Of a DNA stretch of 64,000 bases, positions 31,791 to 40,304 are shown in pieces (positions within the stretch are counted from its first letter, which is position 1; each line of letters opens with the position of its first letter). The position numbers and the translations under genes were made by a program. The stretch lies in the NCBI GenBank assembly GCA_963841435.1, contig CAWJCS010000006.1, forward strand, positions 480,001 to 544,000, given 5' to 3'. The notes beneath the pieces are model-generated. The model searched no databases, was not told the origin of the DNA, and saw only the letters and a program-made list of their open reading frames with translations. Source of the stretch: an uncultured delta proteobacterium. GTDB taxonomy: Bacteria > Myxococcota_A > Polyangia > Polyangiales > Polyangiaceae.

Positions 31791-32955
31791 GCACGAGCCC
31801 CGCGAGCAGGCCCGTGAGCGCCGCGAGCCGCAGGCCGGTGCGACCCTGGACCCACGGGGCGGGCACGCGCTCGACGAGCAGCTCGGCGCATCTTTCGAGC
31901 TCGAGTGGGCGCGGCCGAAAGATGCGGCGCGCCATGGGGCGGACGTCGAGGCGCTCCGGCAGGCGCGCCCCCTCGGCTCGCAGGCGCTCCGAAGGGAAGA
32001 AACCCCAGCCGCACAAGAGGTCGGTGGGGCGCAAGAATGCGTCCCAGCGCTCCGAGAAGGACGCGAAGCTCTCGCCCCCCTGGAGCACGGCGCCGTCGAT
32101 GCCCGTGTGGTGGGTGAACGTGGGGGAGAGCGGATGGCGCGGGGCGATCACCGACTCGAAGCGCTCGCCGGTCGCGACGCGCTCGGCGGCGAAATGCACG
32201 ATCTCGGGGCAGTGCCCGAGCGGCGTGCCTCGCGGCCAGGCGTTCGCTTCGCCGTAGCCGACGACGAGGTCAGGCTCGCGCTCGAGCAGGCCCCGCAGAC
32301 CCGGCGTTCGTCGCGGCCGCGCCGGTCGCGAAAGGTGGCGGCGCATCGGGTTGTCGCGGGCGAAGGCCAGCTGGTGCTCCACCAAGGCGTCGAACGGCGC
32401 GAGCAAGGCGCGTACCTTGGGGTTCCCGCCTTCGAGCACGAAAAGCGCCTCGACGACGGCCTCGATCGTCGACACGCAGTGCGCGGCTGGCTCGCGGCGG
32501 ATGCGGTAGCGGCTCGGCACGCGGGGCGAGAGGGAGTAACGCGGGAGCCTTGCGAGCCACGGATTTTTCTTCAGGAGCTTCTGCGCTTGCCACCAGGTGC
32601 CGTCGACGACCACGAGCGTGACGGGCGCGGGCGGAGGCTCTGCCTCGAGGTCCCGCGCCCCGGGCCCTGGGTAGAGCAGCACCGGGGTCGCCGCGGCCGT
32701 TCCGAGCGAGGTCGCCACCGGCCCGTCCTCGGGGAACGTGACGCCGACGTGGCGCTCGACCCCATCGAGGCCGAGCTCGAGCAGGCGCACCGTGCCGATC
32801 GGCACGCCCGCCTCGCGCGGATGCTGCAAAACGACGAGCTTCGTGGCGACCGCGACCCGACTCACGTGGGCACACAGGCAGACGCGTGCTGGGCGCCCGC
32901 ACCGCGGGCACATGGCCCTCGGCTCGCTCGTCGCGCGCGGCGACTGGTTACCCAA
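31768..32955 (-). CDS. DTW-domain protein (TapT/YfiP-like tRNA aminocarboxypropyltransferase) with C-terminal exonuclease-like extension
   Basis: CPRC...CLC zinc motif, LQHPRE, LLYPG, VVDGTWWQAQKL, STIEA. Start is uncertain (TTG 32955 or ATG 32913). Confidence 0.88.
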   Translation of the reverse strand: MGNQSPRATSEPRAMCPRCGRPARVCLCAHVSRVAVATKLVVLQHPREAGVPIGTVRLLELGLDGVERHVGVTFPEDGPVATSLGTAAATPVLLYPGPGARDLEAEPPPAPVTLVVVDGTWWQAQKLLKKNPWLARLPRYSLSPRVPSRYRIRREPAAHCVSTIEAVVEALFVLEGGNPKVRALLAPFDALVEHQLAFARDNPMRRHLSRPARPRRTPGLRGLLEREPDLVVGYGEANAWPRGTPLGHCPEIVHFAAERVATGERFESVIAPRHPLSPTFTHHTGIDGAVLQGGESFASFSERWDAFLRPTDLLCGWGFFPSERLRAEGARLPERLDVRPMARRIFRPRPLELERCAELLVERVPAPWVQGRTGLRLAALTGLLAGLVLRARNEA

Positions 32956-33092
32956 ATCATCGGGCAAGGCAGGCCCGCCGTACCCAAATGACGGTCCCCG
33001 GGCAACCGTCACCTCGCCGCCGGGCGGTGGACGGCGCGCAGGCGCCTTTTTTGGGATCCCTCGACCCCCGCCGCGCATTAACCCTCGGACCC

Positions 33093-34955
33093 ATGGCGAG
33101 CATCAATCGGTTCCTCCTCGAGCACGGCTTTACCATTCGCGATAATCCCTGCATTTCTCCGGACTTCTGCCTCGACTGGGCGTCGCTCCGTGCGGCGCTC
33201 GAGCGCGGCGACCCCGTGCTCGAGCACCCGGCGAGCAAGGTCAGCGTTGCGGCCGGAGAGCTCAGCTTGCGCGAAAACGCCGCGGGTGACCACGCCTGGG
33301 TGCTCGAGCCGCGTCCCGGGGTCGCCGCCGCCGGGCTGCTCGCCGAGGGCGCGCCCATCGGTGGGGGTCGGTTCGCCTACCCGGCGACGTTCGACAACCT
33401 CGTCGCGATCAAGAATCTGGTCCAGGAGCACGACCCGGCGTCCACGGTGTTCCCCTCCGCGACGGGGACGCTCGAGCGCTCGAGCCTGGGCGTCGGTGCG
33501 CGCTTCACGACGCTTCATTGGCCCGCGGTCGAATGGGCGATGGCGGAGCTCTCCCTCAGCATGACGGCAAACCAGAACAGCATCCCGCGGGAGCTCGTCT
33601 ACGACGTCAACGCGATGCTTCGGGGTGCGCTCGAGGGCGTCCCGTTTCCCTTCATCGGGGCCGACGTTCCCGAGGGGCATCAGGGCCAGAGCGTGCAGGG
33701 CATGAGCCACGGCGCCGTGCTCTCCAAGCTCAAGACGGGCTTCCACGCCCGCCGCATCCCCTGGGGCTTCAACGCCGATCATCAGCCCATCGGCGGGAGC
33801 TTCGACCGGCGCGAAGCCGAGCTCGTGTCGGGCTGCCTGTTTGCAAGCTACATCACCTTCGACCTTTCCCCGGAGCTCTCGGTGACGCCGAAGGCGGCGG
33901 AGCCGGCCGCATGGTGCGCGGCAAACGTGCCCGCCGGCGTCCTCGACCTCGTGCGCGCGCGGGTGAGCCGCGCCGGCGTCAGCCTCGCCGACGCCGAGCT
34001 CGTGGCGCTCGTCGCTCACGTCTGGCCCGCCGTCGCCAAGATGCAGCGCCGCGACCGGCTCTATGGCGAGGCACGGCAGCGCGCCTTCACGACCCCCGTC
34101 GGCCGTGCTTACTTCCGCGAGCTCTCCATCGACGAGCTTCCGGGGCTCACGGAGCAGGGAACCCTCGCGACGATGCTCGCGCTGTGCGAAGCGCTCGACG
34201 TGCGCGTTGACTACGTGGCCCCCGCGTTCGGCTTCCAGAAGAATTTCCCCTTCGAAGACGGCCCGGAGCTCGAACGGCGAGTGTCCGCGGCGTTCGAGGT
34301 GTGCCGCACTTTCGACGTTTCGATCGGTTTCCACTCGGGATCCGGCAAGTCGGCGGACAACTACCGCACGCTCGGTCGAGTCACGGGGGGGCGGCTCGAG
34401 ATCAAGACGAGCGGGCGCTACACGTACGAAATGGGTCGCGCCCTCGCGGCGTCCGAAGACGCCGGTGACCGCGCGCTGTTCGAGGACTGGTATCGATTCA
34501 CGCGCGAGCTCGCGCTAGAAAGCGCGTTCAGCGAGCGTGCCGACGAGAACAAGCTCTCGCGCAGCTTCATCGCGCACGCCCTCGAGCTCGAAGGTCGGCG
34601 GGGCGACGTGTTCGAGAGCCGAGAGTCCGCTGCCCAAGCGCTCGCGGCGCTCGTGCCGAGCCCGGAGCACATGTTCTTTTTCGAGTATAACTTCCTCTTC
34701 GTTCTCGCTGCGGGCGGCAGCGCGGCGAAATCGGCGCTCGGCGATCACGGTCCCGAGGGCTATCGCCAGCGCGCGCGCTTCTACGCCATCAGCGACCGCG
34801 GAAAGCTCGGGTACGTCAAGCGCGTCGCCGAATACCTTTGCTTTTTGGCCGAAGAGACGGGCCTTTCCAGCGCCGCTGTCGTGGGGCGAGCCAGGGACAA
34901 GCTTGCTCGCACGGCGAGCTATGGCGATTTCCTCGCTGCCATCTCAGAAGGGTGA
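33093..34955 (+). CDS. Divergent tagaturonate/fructuronate epimerase (UxaE) family protein
   Basis: Ordered motifs SLGVGARF, QNSIPREL, FNADH, ELSIDE, VAPAF, FHSGSGK and EIKTSG parallel the UxaE motifs I recall (GDR, QQSxRE, DADH, ExSVDE, LAPRF, HSGSDK, KTAG). Confidence 0.72.
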   Translation: MASINRFLLEHGFTIRDNPCISPDFCLDWASLRAALERGDPVLEHPASKVSVAAGELSLRENAAGDHAWVLEPRPGVAAAGLLAEGAPIGGGRFAYPATFDNLVAIKNLVQEHDPASTVFPSATGTLERSSLGVGARFTTLHWPAVEWAMAELSLSMTANQNSIPRELVYDVNAMLRGALEGVPFPFIGADVPEGHQGQSVQGMSHGAVLSKLKTGFHARRIPWGFNADHQPIGGSFDRREAELVSGCLFASYITFDLSPELSVTPKAAEPAAWCAANVPAGVLDLVRARVSRAGVSLADAELVALVAHVWPAVAKMQRRDRLYGEARQRAFTTPVGRAYFRELSIDELPGLTEQGTLATMLALCEALDVRVDYVAPAFGFQKNFPFEDGPELERRVSAAFEVCRTFDVSIGFHSGSGKSADNYRTLGRVTGGRLEIKTSGRYTYEMGRALAASEDAGDRALFEDWYRFTRELALESAFSERADENKLSRSFIAHALELEGRRGDVFESRESAAQALAALVPSPEHMFFFEYNFLFVLAAGGSAAKSALGDHGPEGYRQRARFYAISDRGKLGYVKRVAEYLCFLAEETGLSSAAVVGRARDKLARTASYGDFLAAISEG

Positions 34956-35073
34956 TGAGCGCCGAGGCGAGCCGTGGCGCTGCCGTGCGAACCGAGCCGG
35001 CACAGGCCGCGCGCGCGTGCCACGCGTGAGTGCCCTTGACGCGGGTGGGGTGCGCGTGCAAGCCCTACACGCG

Positions 35074-35484
35074 ATGCCCCGCTTCGAAGCCGCGTACCGC
35101 CGCCTGATCGATGGTCTCGTTTCCGACCTGTCACGTATTGCTGCCGCCTGCGCCCGGGAAGCGGTGGAGGCGGCTCGCGCCGAGCAGGCAGCGCAAGAAG
35201 CCAAAGCGTCGCGCCTGAGCCCGCGCCTGCGCCGTGCTCTCGAGCTCGTGGAGCAGAAGCGCGCGCGAGCCGCCGCGCAGCGGTCGCGACCGGCACCGGC
35301 GAGGACGCCACGCGCCGAGGCGCCGCCGAGGCCCCGCCGCTCGTCCAACGGCGCCTCGCTACGGGCCGAGTCCCCGCCCGCCGCGCCCCTCCCGGCCCCG
35401 CTCTTCGTGCACAAGCGCAATCGAGACGGCAGCATCGAGCGGCTCGAGCGAGGTCAAGGGGAGAGCGCCCCCCCGCCGGCCTAG
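35074..35484 (+). CDS. Hypothetical basic, helical protein (~136 aa)
   Basis: ATG 35074 in ORF 34537..35484; ends 2 nt before the HAD gene; plausible codon usage. Confidence 0.5.
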   Translation: MPRFEAAYRRLIDGLVSDLSRIAAACAREAVEAARAEQAAQEAKASRLSPRLRRALELVEQKRARAAAQRSRPAPARTPRAEAPPRPRRSSNGASLRAESPPAAPLPAPLFVHKRNRDGSIERLERGQGESAPPPA

Positions 35485-35486
35485 TC

Positions 35487-36080
35487 GTGCTCTCCCTCCC
35501 CGACGGCGACTTCGACGCCTACATCTTCGACTGCGACGGCACGCTCGCCGACAGCATGCCGCTCTATCATCGAGCGTGGCAGGCGGCGCTGAGGTCACAG
35601 GGTGCGACCTTCGACTTTGGTTGGGAGATCTTCGTGCGCCGGGCGGGGATGAGCACGGCCCGCACGGTCGAGGCGCTGAACCTCGAGTTCGGCAGCGCGC
35701 TCGACGCGAGCCTGGTCGAAGAGCGGCAGCACGCCGAGTACCTCTTGCTCGTCGAAGGCGTGCAGCCCATCCCGGAGGTCGTCGAGGTGGCCCGGCGCGC
35801 CCGCGGGCGGCTCCCGATGAGCGTCGCTTCGGGCGGGACGCGACCGCTCGTCGAAAAGACGCTCGGGCTGATCGGCGTGCGCGACCTCTTCGCCCACGTG
35901 CTCGTCGCGGGCGACGTGCAAAGCGGCAAGCCGGAACCCGACATTTTCCTGCTCGCGGCCGAGCGCATGGGCGTCGAGCCGTCGCGCTGCCTCGTGTTCG
36001 AGGATGGCGAGCTCGGCATCGTTGCGGCGGGGCGCGCGGGCATGCGGTGCGTGAAGGTCGAGCTCGGCTCCCGCCGCTGA
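35487..36080 (+). CDS. HAD-superfamily phosphatase (YqaB/beta-PGM-like)
   Basis: FDCDGTLADSMP, VASGG, GKPEPDIFL, VFEDG...AGM. Confidence 0.93.
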   Translation: MLSLPDGDFDAYIFDCDGTLADSMPLYHRAWQAALRSQGATFDFGWEIFVRRAGMSTARTVEALNLEFGSALDASLVEERQHAEYLLLVEGVQPIPEVVEVARRARGRLPMSVASGGTRPLVEKTLGLIGVRDLFAHVLVAGDVQSGKPEPDIFLLAAERMGVEPSRCLVFEDGELGIVAAGRAGMRCVKVELGSRR

Positions 36081-36162
36081 CGCCGGCCCAAGCGCCCCCG
36101 GCGAGCCTCACTCGCGAAGGCCCGCGAGTGCCCGTCGGGAGAGCGTTTCGACGTGGGCCGCT

Positions 36163-36670
36163 CACGGAGTAGATGCCGTTGCCGGCGTTGGTCACGGCTT
36201 CCATCATCGAATCGTTGAGGTTGCCGTAGCCGAAGCCGAGCGCCGTGAGCGTCACGCCCGACGTTCGCTTTTCCTCGATGAGCGAGACGAGCGCCTCGTT
36301 CGTGTACGGTCCGACGTTGAAGTCGCCGTCGGTGCACAGGATGACGTGGTTGATGCCGCCGTCGATGTAGGCGCTCGTGGCCTGCTCGTAGGCGAGGTCG
36401 ATGCCCGACGCGCCGGCCGTGCTGCCAGCGGCGCCGAGCCCGTCGATCACGTCGCGGATGGTGCTCGCCTCGGAGACCGGGGTCGGCGAGAGCCGCACCC
36501 TCGTGGCACCGGCGTAGGTGACGATCGACACCGTGTCGGTTGGCGCCAGCACGCCGAGCGATCGCTGGCTCGGCGAGCTTGCCCTGGATCCCGACGCGCA
36601 AGAGCAGCGTTCCGGCGTCGTGGAGCGCGGGGGCGGCGGCGAGGTGGATGGCGAATGGCTCCGTGGCGTG
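36163..36670 (-). pseudogene. Remnant of a YfbK-like VWA-domain gene
   Basis: EPFAIHLAAAP...LLRVGIQGK in one frame, then LAPTDTVSIVTYAG...GSTAGASGIDLAY...ILCTDGDFNVG...GFGYGNLNDSMME...GNG in another. The MIDAS DxSxS segment and both termini are missing. Confidence 0.8.
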
Positions 36671-36740
36671 TCACCGGCGCCGCAGGCGGCGTCGCCGCTC
36701 GCTCGCTGCCGCTCAGTGCGTCGCCGCAGGCCGCTTTGGC

Positions 36741-38576
36741 TCAGCGCGTCGCCGCGAGCGCGAGCCCGCCGCTCTCACGCCGGTCGGCGTAGCCGTACGC
36801 TTTGCCGCCGTCGACGAGAATGCAGTTGGCGTCGCCCTGTGCCGACCACGAAGGCAGCAGGCGATGCCCGAGCGCCTCGAGCCCGTCGAGCACGGCGCGC
36901 GTCGGCGGTCGGGCTGCCTCGTAGCGCACGCCATCCGGGACGAAGCCATGGTGCAACCGCGGCGCATCGACCGCTCGGTCGAGCGGCTGCCCGCGGTCGA
37001 CGAGCCTTCGCACGAGCAGCGTCAGCGTGCTCGGGATGGTGTCGCCGCCGGGCGTACCGAGCACGAGCACCGGCTCGTCGTGGAGGAGAACGAGCGTCGG
37101 GGCCATCGAGCTCGTCGTGCGGCGCCCCGCGACGGGCTGGTTCTCGCCGACGCTCGAGAACGAGGCGACGGCGTTGCCGAGCAGCACGCCCGTGCCCGGT
37201 GCCATGCGGCGCGCCCCGAAAGACGCGGAAAGCGTCGTCGTGAGCGAAACGACCATGCCGTCGGCGTCCACCACCGAAAGGTGCGTCGTGTGCTCGGTCT
37301 CGCGCAGCGCTTCGTCGTAGAGCGGGTGAACGGTGGGGGAAGGTGTGGCGTGCGCCGGATCGACGGGTACCCGGAGCAGGCGCGCTGGATCGAGCAGCCC
37401 CGCCTGACGCGCGCGTAGCGCCTCGACCCCGAGCGTGTCGGGATCGACGAGCGACAGGCGCCGTTCGGCTTGCGCGCGGCGTGAGACCTCGACAAACAGA
37501 TGGGCTTCGGCCGCGCTCTCCGCGGGCGTCGCGTCGGCGGACAGGCTCGTGAGGGCCGCCAGCTCGCCTTCGAGCACGACACCGCCCGTCGACGGAAGCG
37601 GCATGCTCTCGACGGTGTACCCGAGGTAGGCGAGGCTCAGCGGCTCGCGTACGACGGCGCGGTACGTGAGCAGATCCGCCTCCGAAACGTGGCCCTCCGT
37701 CGCGGCGACGATGGCCCGCGCGGTTTGCCCTGCGTAGAAGCCCGCCTCGCCGAGCGTCGCGATGCGTTCGAGGGTTGCCGCGAGATCGGACTGCACGAGC
37801 CTGGCCCCGGCGGCGAGCGGCTTGCCCCCGGTGCCCGCGAAAACGCGGCGGATCGCGGGGTCGAGACGCAGGCTCTTCCAGTTTGCCTTGAGCACGCGCG
37901 CCTGAGCCGCCGACAAGGGGTGGCCATTTCGTGCGATCTCGATGGAGGCGTGGAGCACGTCCGGCAGGGGGCGTCGCCCGAAGCGCCGCTCGGCGAGCAA
38001 CAGACCCGCGACCGAGCCCGGCACGCCGACGGCGACCGGCCCCTGGCCGCGGTTCGCGATCATGCGGTCGAACTCGGAGCGCACGAGCGAGCTCGGCGCC
38101 GTCTCGCGAAAATCGAGCGCGACGGTGGGGCCGCCGCGCGGGCGCACGAGCAGAAAGCCGCCGCCGCCGAGGTTTCCGGCGCTCGGATGCGTGACCGCGA
38201 GCGCGGCCGCGGTCGCGACGGCGGCGTCCATGGCGTTGCCGCCGGCCTCGAGCACGGAGACCCCGGCGCGCGTCGCCAGCGCGTCGGCGGACGTGACCAC
38301 GCCGTGCTCGCCCGCAACGGAGCGCGATCCCGGGCCGCCGAGGCGAGGCGGCTCGACGGGTGTCGTCGCGGCGGGCACGGCGGGCGACGAGGCGCTCGCG
38401 CCCGCGGGTGTCGTGGGCGAGCCCGCCGGTGGAGCGGCGCCGGACGCCGGAGCGGCGGGCGTGGCGCTTCGGGCCGCTTTCGTGGGCGCTGCGGTCGCCG
38501 AGCGTGCGGGGGCGGCACCCCGGGCGCACGAGAGCGCGAGCGCGGCCGCCCACACCGAGCGCGCGCCGCGGATCAC
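36741..38576 (-). CDS. ggt: Gamma-glutamyltransferase family lipoprotein
   Basis: GGNAMDAAVA, LGGGGF, DFRETAP, VGVPG, autocleavage site H/TTHLSVVD, SSMAPT, GTPGG. GTG 38576 overlaps the upstream stop; lipobox-like LALS-C. Confidence 0.93.
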   Translation of the reverse strand: MIRGARSVWAAALALSCARGAAPARSATAAPTKAARSATPAAPASGAAPPAGSPTTPAGASASSPAVPAATTPVEPPRLGGPGSRSVAGEHGVVTSADALATRAGVSVLEAGGNAMDAAVATAAALAVTHPSAGNLGGGGFLLVRPRGGPTVALDFRETAPSSLVRSEFDRMIANRGQGPVAVGVPGSVAGLLLAERRFGRRPLPDVLHASIEIARNGHPLSAAQARVLKANWKSLRLDPAIRRVFAGTGGKPLAAGARLVQSDLAATLERIATLGEAGFYAGQTARAIVAATEGHVSEADLLTYRAVVREPLSLAYLGYTVESMPLPSTGGVVLEGELAALTSLSADATPAESAAEAHLFVEVSRRAQAERRLSLVDPDTLGVEALRARQAGLLDPARLLRVPVDPAHATPSPTVHPLYDEALRETEHTTHLSVVDADGMVVSLTTTLSASFGARRMAPGTGVLLGNAVASFSSVGENQPVAGRRTTSSMAPTLVLLHDEPVLVLGTPGGDTIPSTLTLLVRRLVDRGQPLDRAVDAPRLHHGFVPDGVRYEAARPPTRAVLDGLEALGHRLLPSWSAQGDANCILVDGGKAYGYADRRESGGLALAATR

Positions 38577-39601
38577 GCCGCGCCTCGCGCCGGTGCCGGA
38601 ATGACCACGAGCCCCGCGTCGTTTTCGGCCCACGCGGCGAGGTCACCCGCCTCGACGGCGACCACGGGGGTGCCGAGGGCGCGGGCTTCGCGCACCACCG
38701 ACGGCGCACCTTCGAAGCGCGAGGCCGACACGAGCGCGTCGGCCGCCGCGATCAGCGCGAGCGCGCGAGGACGGGCGACCCTGCCGACCAGCTCGACCTC
38801 GGGGTACGCGCGACGGAGCGCCTCGAGCTCGGGTCCGTCGCCGATCACGACGACGCGGCACCCACCCGCGAGCCTGAGCGCTTCGAGCGCGACGCCGACG
38901 CGCTTGTCCGCAACTAGGCGCCCGACCACGACGACGAGCCGCTCGCCGGGCCCGACGCCGAGCTCGTCGCGCGTCGCGTCGCGCGCGCGTGCGCCCGAGA
39001 CGTCCAACGGCACCGGCGCGACGCGCAGTCGCGCCGCGACCTCGGCACCGAGCGCGTCGCCGGCGACTCGAGCGAGCTCGGCGGACACCGCGCGTAGCTC
39101 CGTCCCCCGCAGACACCGCGCGACGTGCGCCCGCAACGCGCGCGGCAAACGGGCGACGAGCCGCGCGTCCGAGCCGTGCAGCACGACCTCGAGCGCGGCT
39201 CCGGGCGGCGCGGCAAACGCCGCAATCGGCCAGCCGCAGGGCACGACGAAGTGCGCGATCACCCGCGTGGCATCGCGGTGCCGGGCGAGCGCGCGCCAGG
39301 CCCGCACCACGAAGCCGAGCGCCGAGAGGAGCCGCTCGGGGCGCTCCCGCAGGCGGCTCGGCGCTCCCGGCCACCCGAAGGCGCTGCCAGCCTCGAGCCA
39401 CTCGACGCCGCGCGCGCTCTGGGCTCCCCCGGCCGGTGCCGCTGCCAGCACGGTCACGTCGTGCCCGGCGGCGCGCAGCGCTTCGACCTCGGTCGCCACG
39501 AAGTGTCCGCTCGGGTCGCCGTCGTACGCGGGGTAGGAGCTCGTAAGGACGACGATGCGCTCGAGGCGAGACGCGCCGAACGGCTCCGAGCGGGGCGTCA
39601 T
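38573..39601 (-). CDS. Glycosyltransferase family 4
   Basis: LTSSYP, VGRLVADKRV, IGDGP, SRFEGAPSVVREARALGTPVVA (Ex7E motif). Confidence 0.9.
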   Translation of the reverse strand: MTPRSEPFGASRLERIVVLTSSYPAYDGDPSGHFVATEVEALRAAGHDVTVLAAAPAGGAQSARGVEWLEAGSAFGWPGAPSRLRERPERLLSALGFVVRAWRALARHRDATRVIAHFVVPCGWPIAAFAAPPGAALEVVLHGSDARLVARLPRALRAHVARCLRGTELRAVSAELARVAGDALGAEVAARLRVAPVPLDVSGARARDATRDELGVGPGERLVVVVGRLVADKRVGVALEALRLAGGCRVVVIGDGPELEALRRAYPEVELVGRVARPRALALIAAADALVSASRFEGAPSVVREARALGTPVVAVEAGDLAAWAENDAGLVVIPAPARGAA

Positions 39602-39951
39602 ACGCGCGGCAGCTCGCCGAGCGCCTTCACACCCTCGGCCCCTTCGACCTCGAGGAGGTCACCGAGCGCCCTCAGATACCGAAACGAGTAGATGCCGGAG
39701 TTGTGCCCGTCCGCCCAGGCGAGGCCGAGGGCGTAGTTGCCGACCTGTTCGATGTCCCTGAGCTCGAGGTTGCCTTCGGGGACGAAACGAATCCGGCCCG
39801 AGTGGCCCTGACAGCTGGCGCACGGGCAAAATCCCCTCAAGATTTCGTGTGGATAGAGCGACTGATGGCCGTCGGCCCAGGTGATCTCGAAGGTCTTGGC
39901 GCCGTGGGGCGCCCGGACGCCCTTGGGTCTCAGGCGGTCATCGTCCGTCAT
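39598..39951 (-). CDS. DUF971 / GBBH-like N-terminal domain protein
   Basis: ITWADGH, LRGFCPCASC, VGNYAL, WADGHNSGIYSFRYL. Start is 39951 or 39966. Confidence 0.9.
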   Translation of the reverse strand: MTDDDRLRPKGVRAPHGAKTFEITWADGHQSLYPHEILRGFCPCASCQGHSGRIRFVPEGNLELRDIEQVGNYALGLAWADGHNSGIYSFRYLRALGDLLEVEGAEGVKALGELPRV

Positions 39952-40006
39952 CGTGGCCGGATGCATCCTTGCTGTGCGGGAAAAGGCGTGTCAATAAGGC
40001 GGTCCC

Positions 40007-40249
40007 TTGGCAAACCCGAGTGATCCCGTCCAGTGTAAGCCTCTCGAAGTCCAGGTCGGCGACAAGGGCATCGAGCGCGCGATCAAGCACCTCAAGCGCA
40101 AGATGGCCGCCGAAGGCATCCTGCGCGAGCTCAAGCGCCGCCGCCACTACATGAAGCCGTCCGTGAAGCGCCGAAAGAAGATGAGCGAGGCCGCCCGCCG
40201 TCGTCGCAAGCGCCTGCGCACGGACGACATGCCGCGCGCGCTCCTCTGA
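40007..40249 (+). CDS. rpsU: 30S ribosomal protein bS21
   Basis: IERAIKHLKRKMAAEGILRELKRRRHYMKPSVKRRKK. Confidence 0.95.
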   Translation: MANPSDPVQCKPLEVQVGDKGIERAIKHLKRKMAAEGILRELKRRRHYMKPSVKRRKKMSEAARRRRKRLRTDDMPRALL

Positions 40250-40304
40250 GCGAACGGGCCGGATTCTTGGCCGCCTGAGAGCGGCTTCGTACATTCGGGG
40301 GCCC

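Noticed and set aside
39966-39994. Minus-strand TTGACA upstream of DUF971
   Set aside because: The -35 is perfect but the matching -10 (AAGGAT) is weak, so it is too uncertain to list as a promoter.
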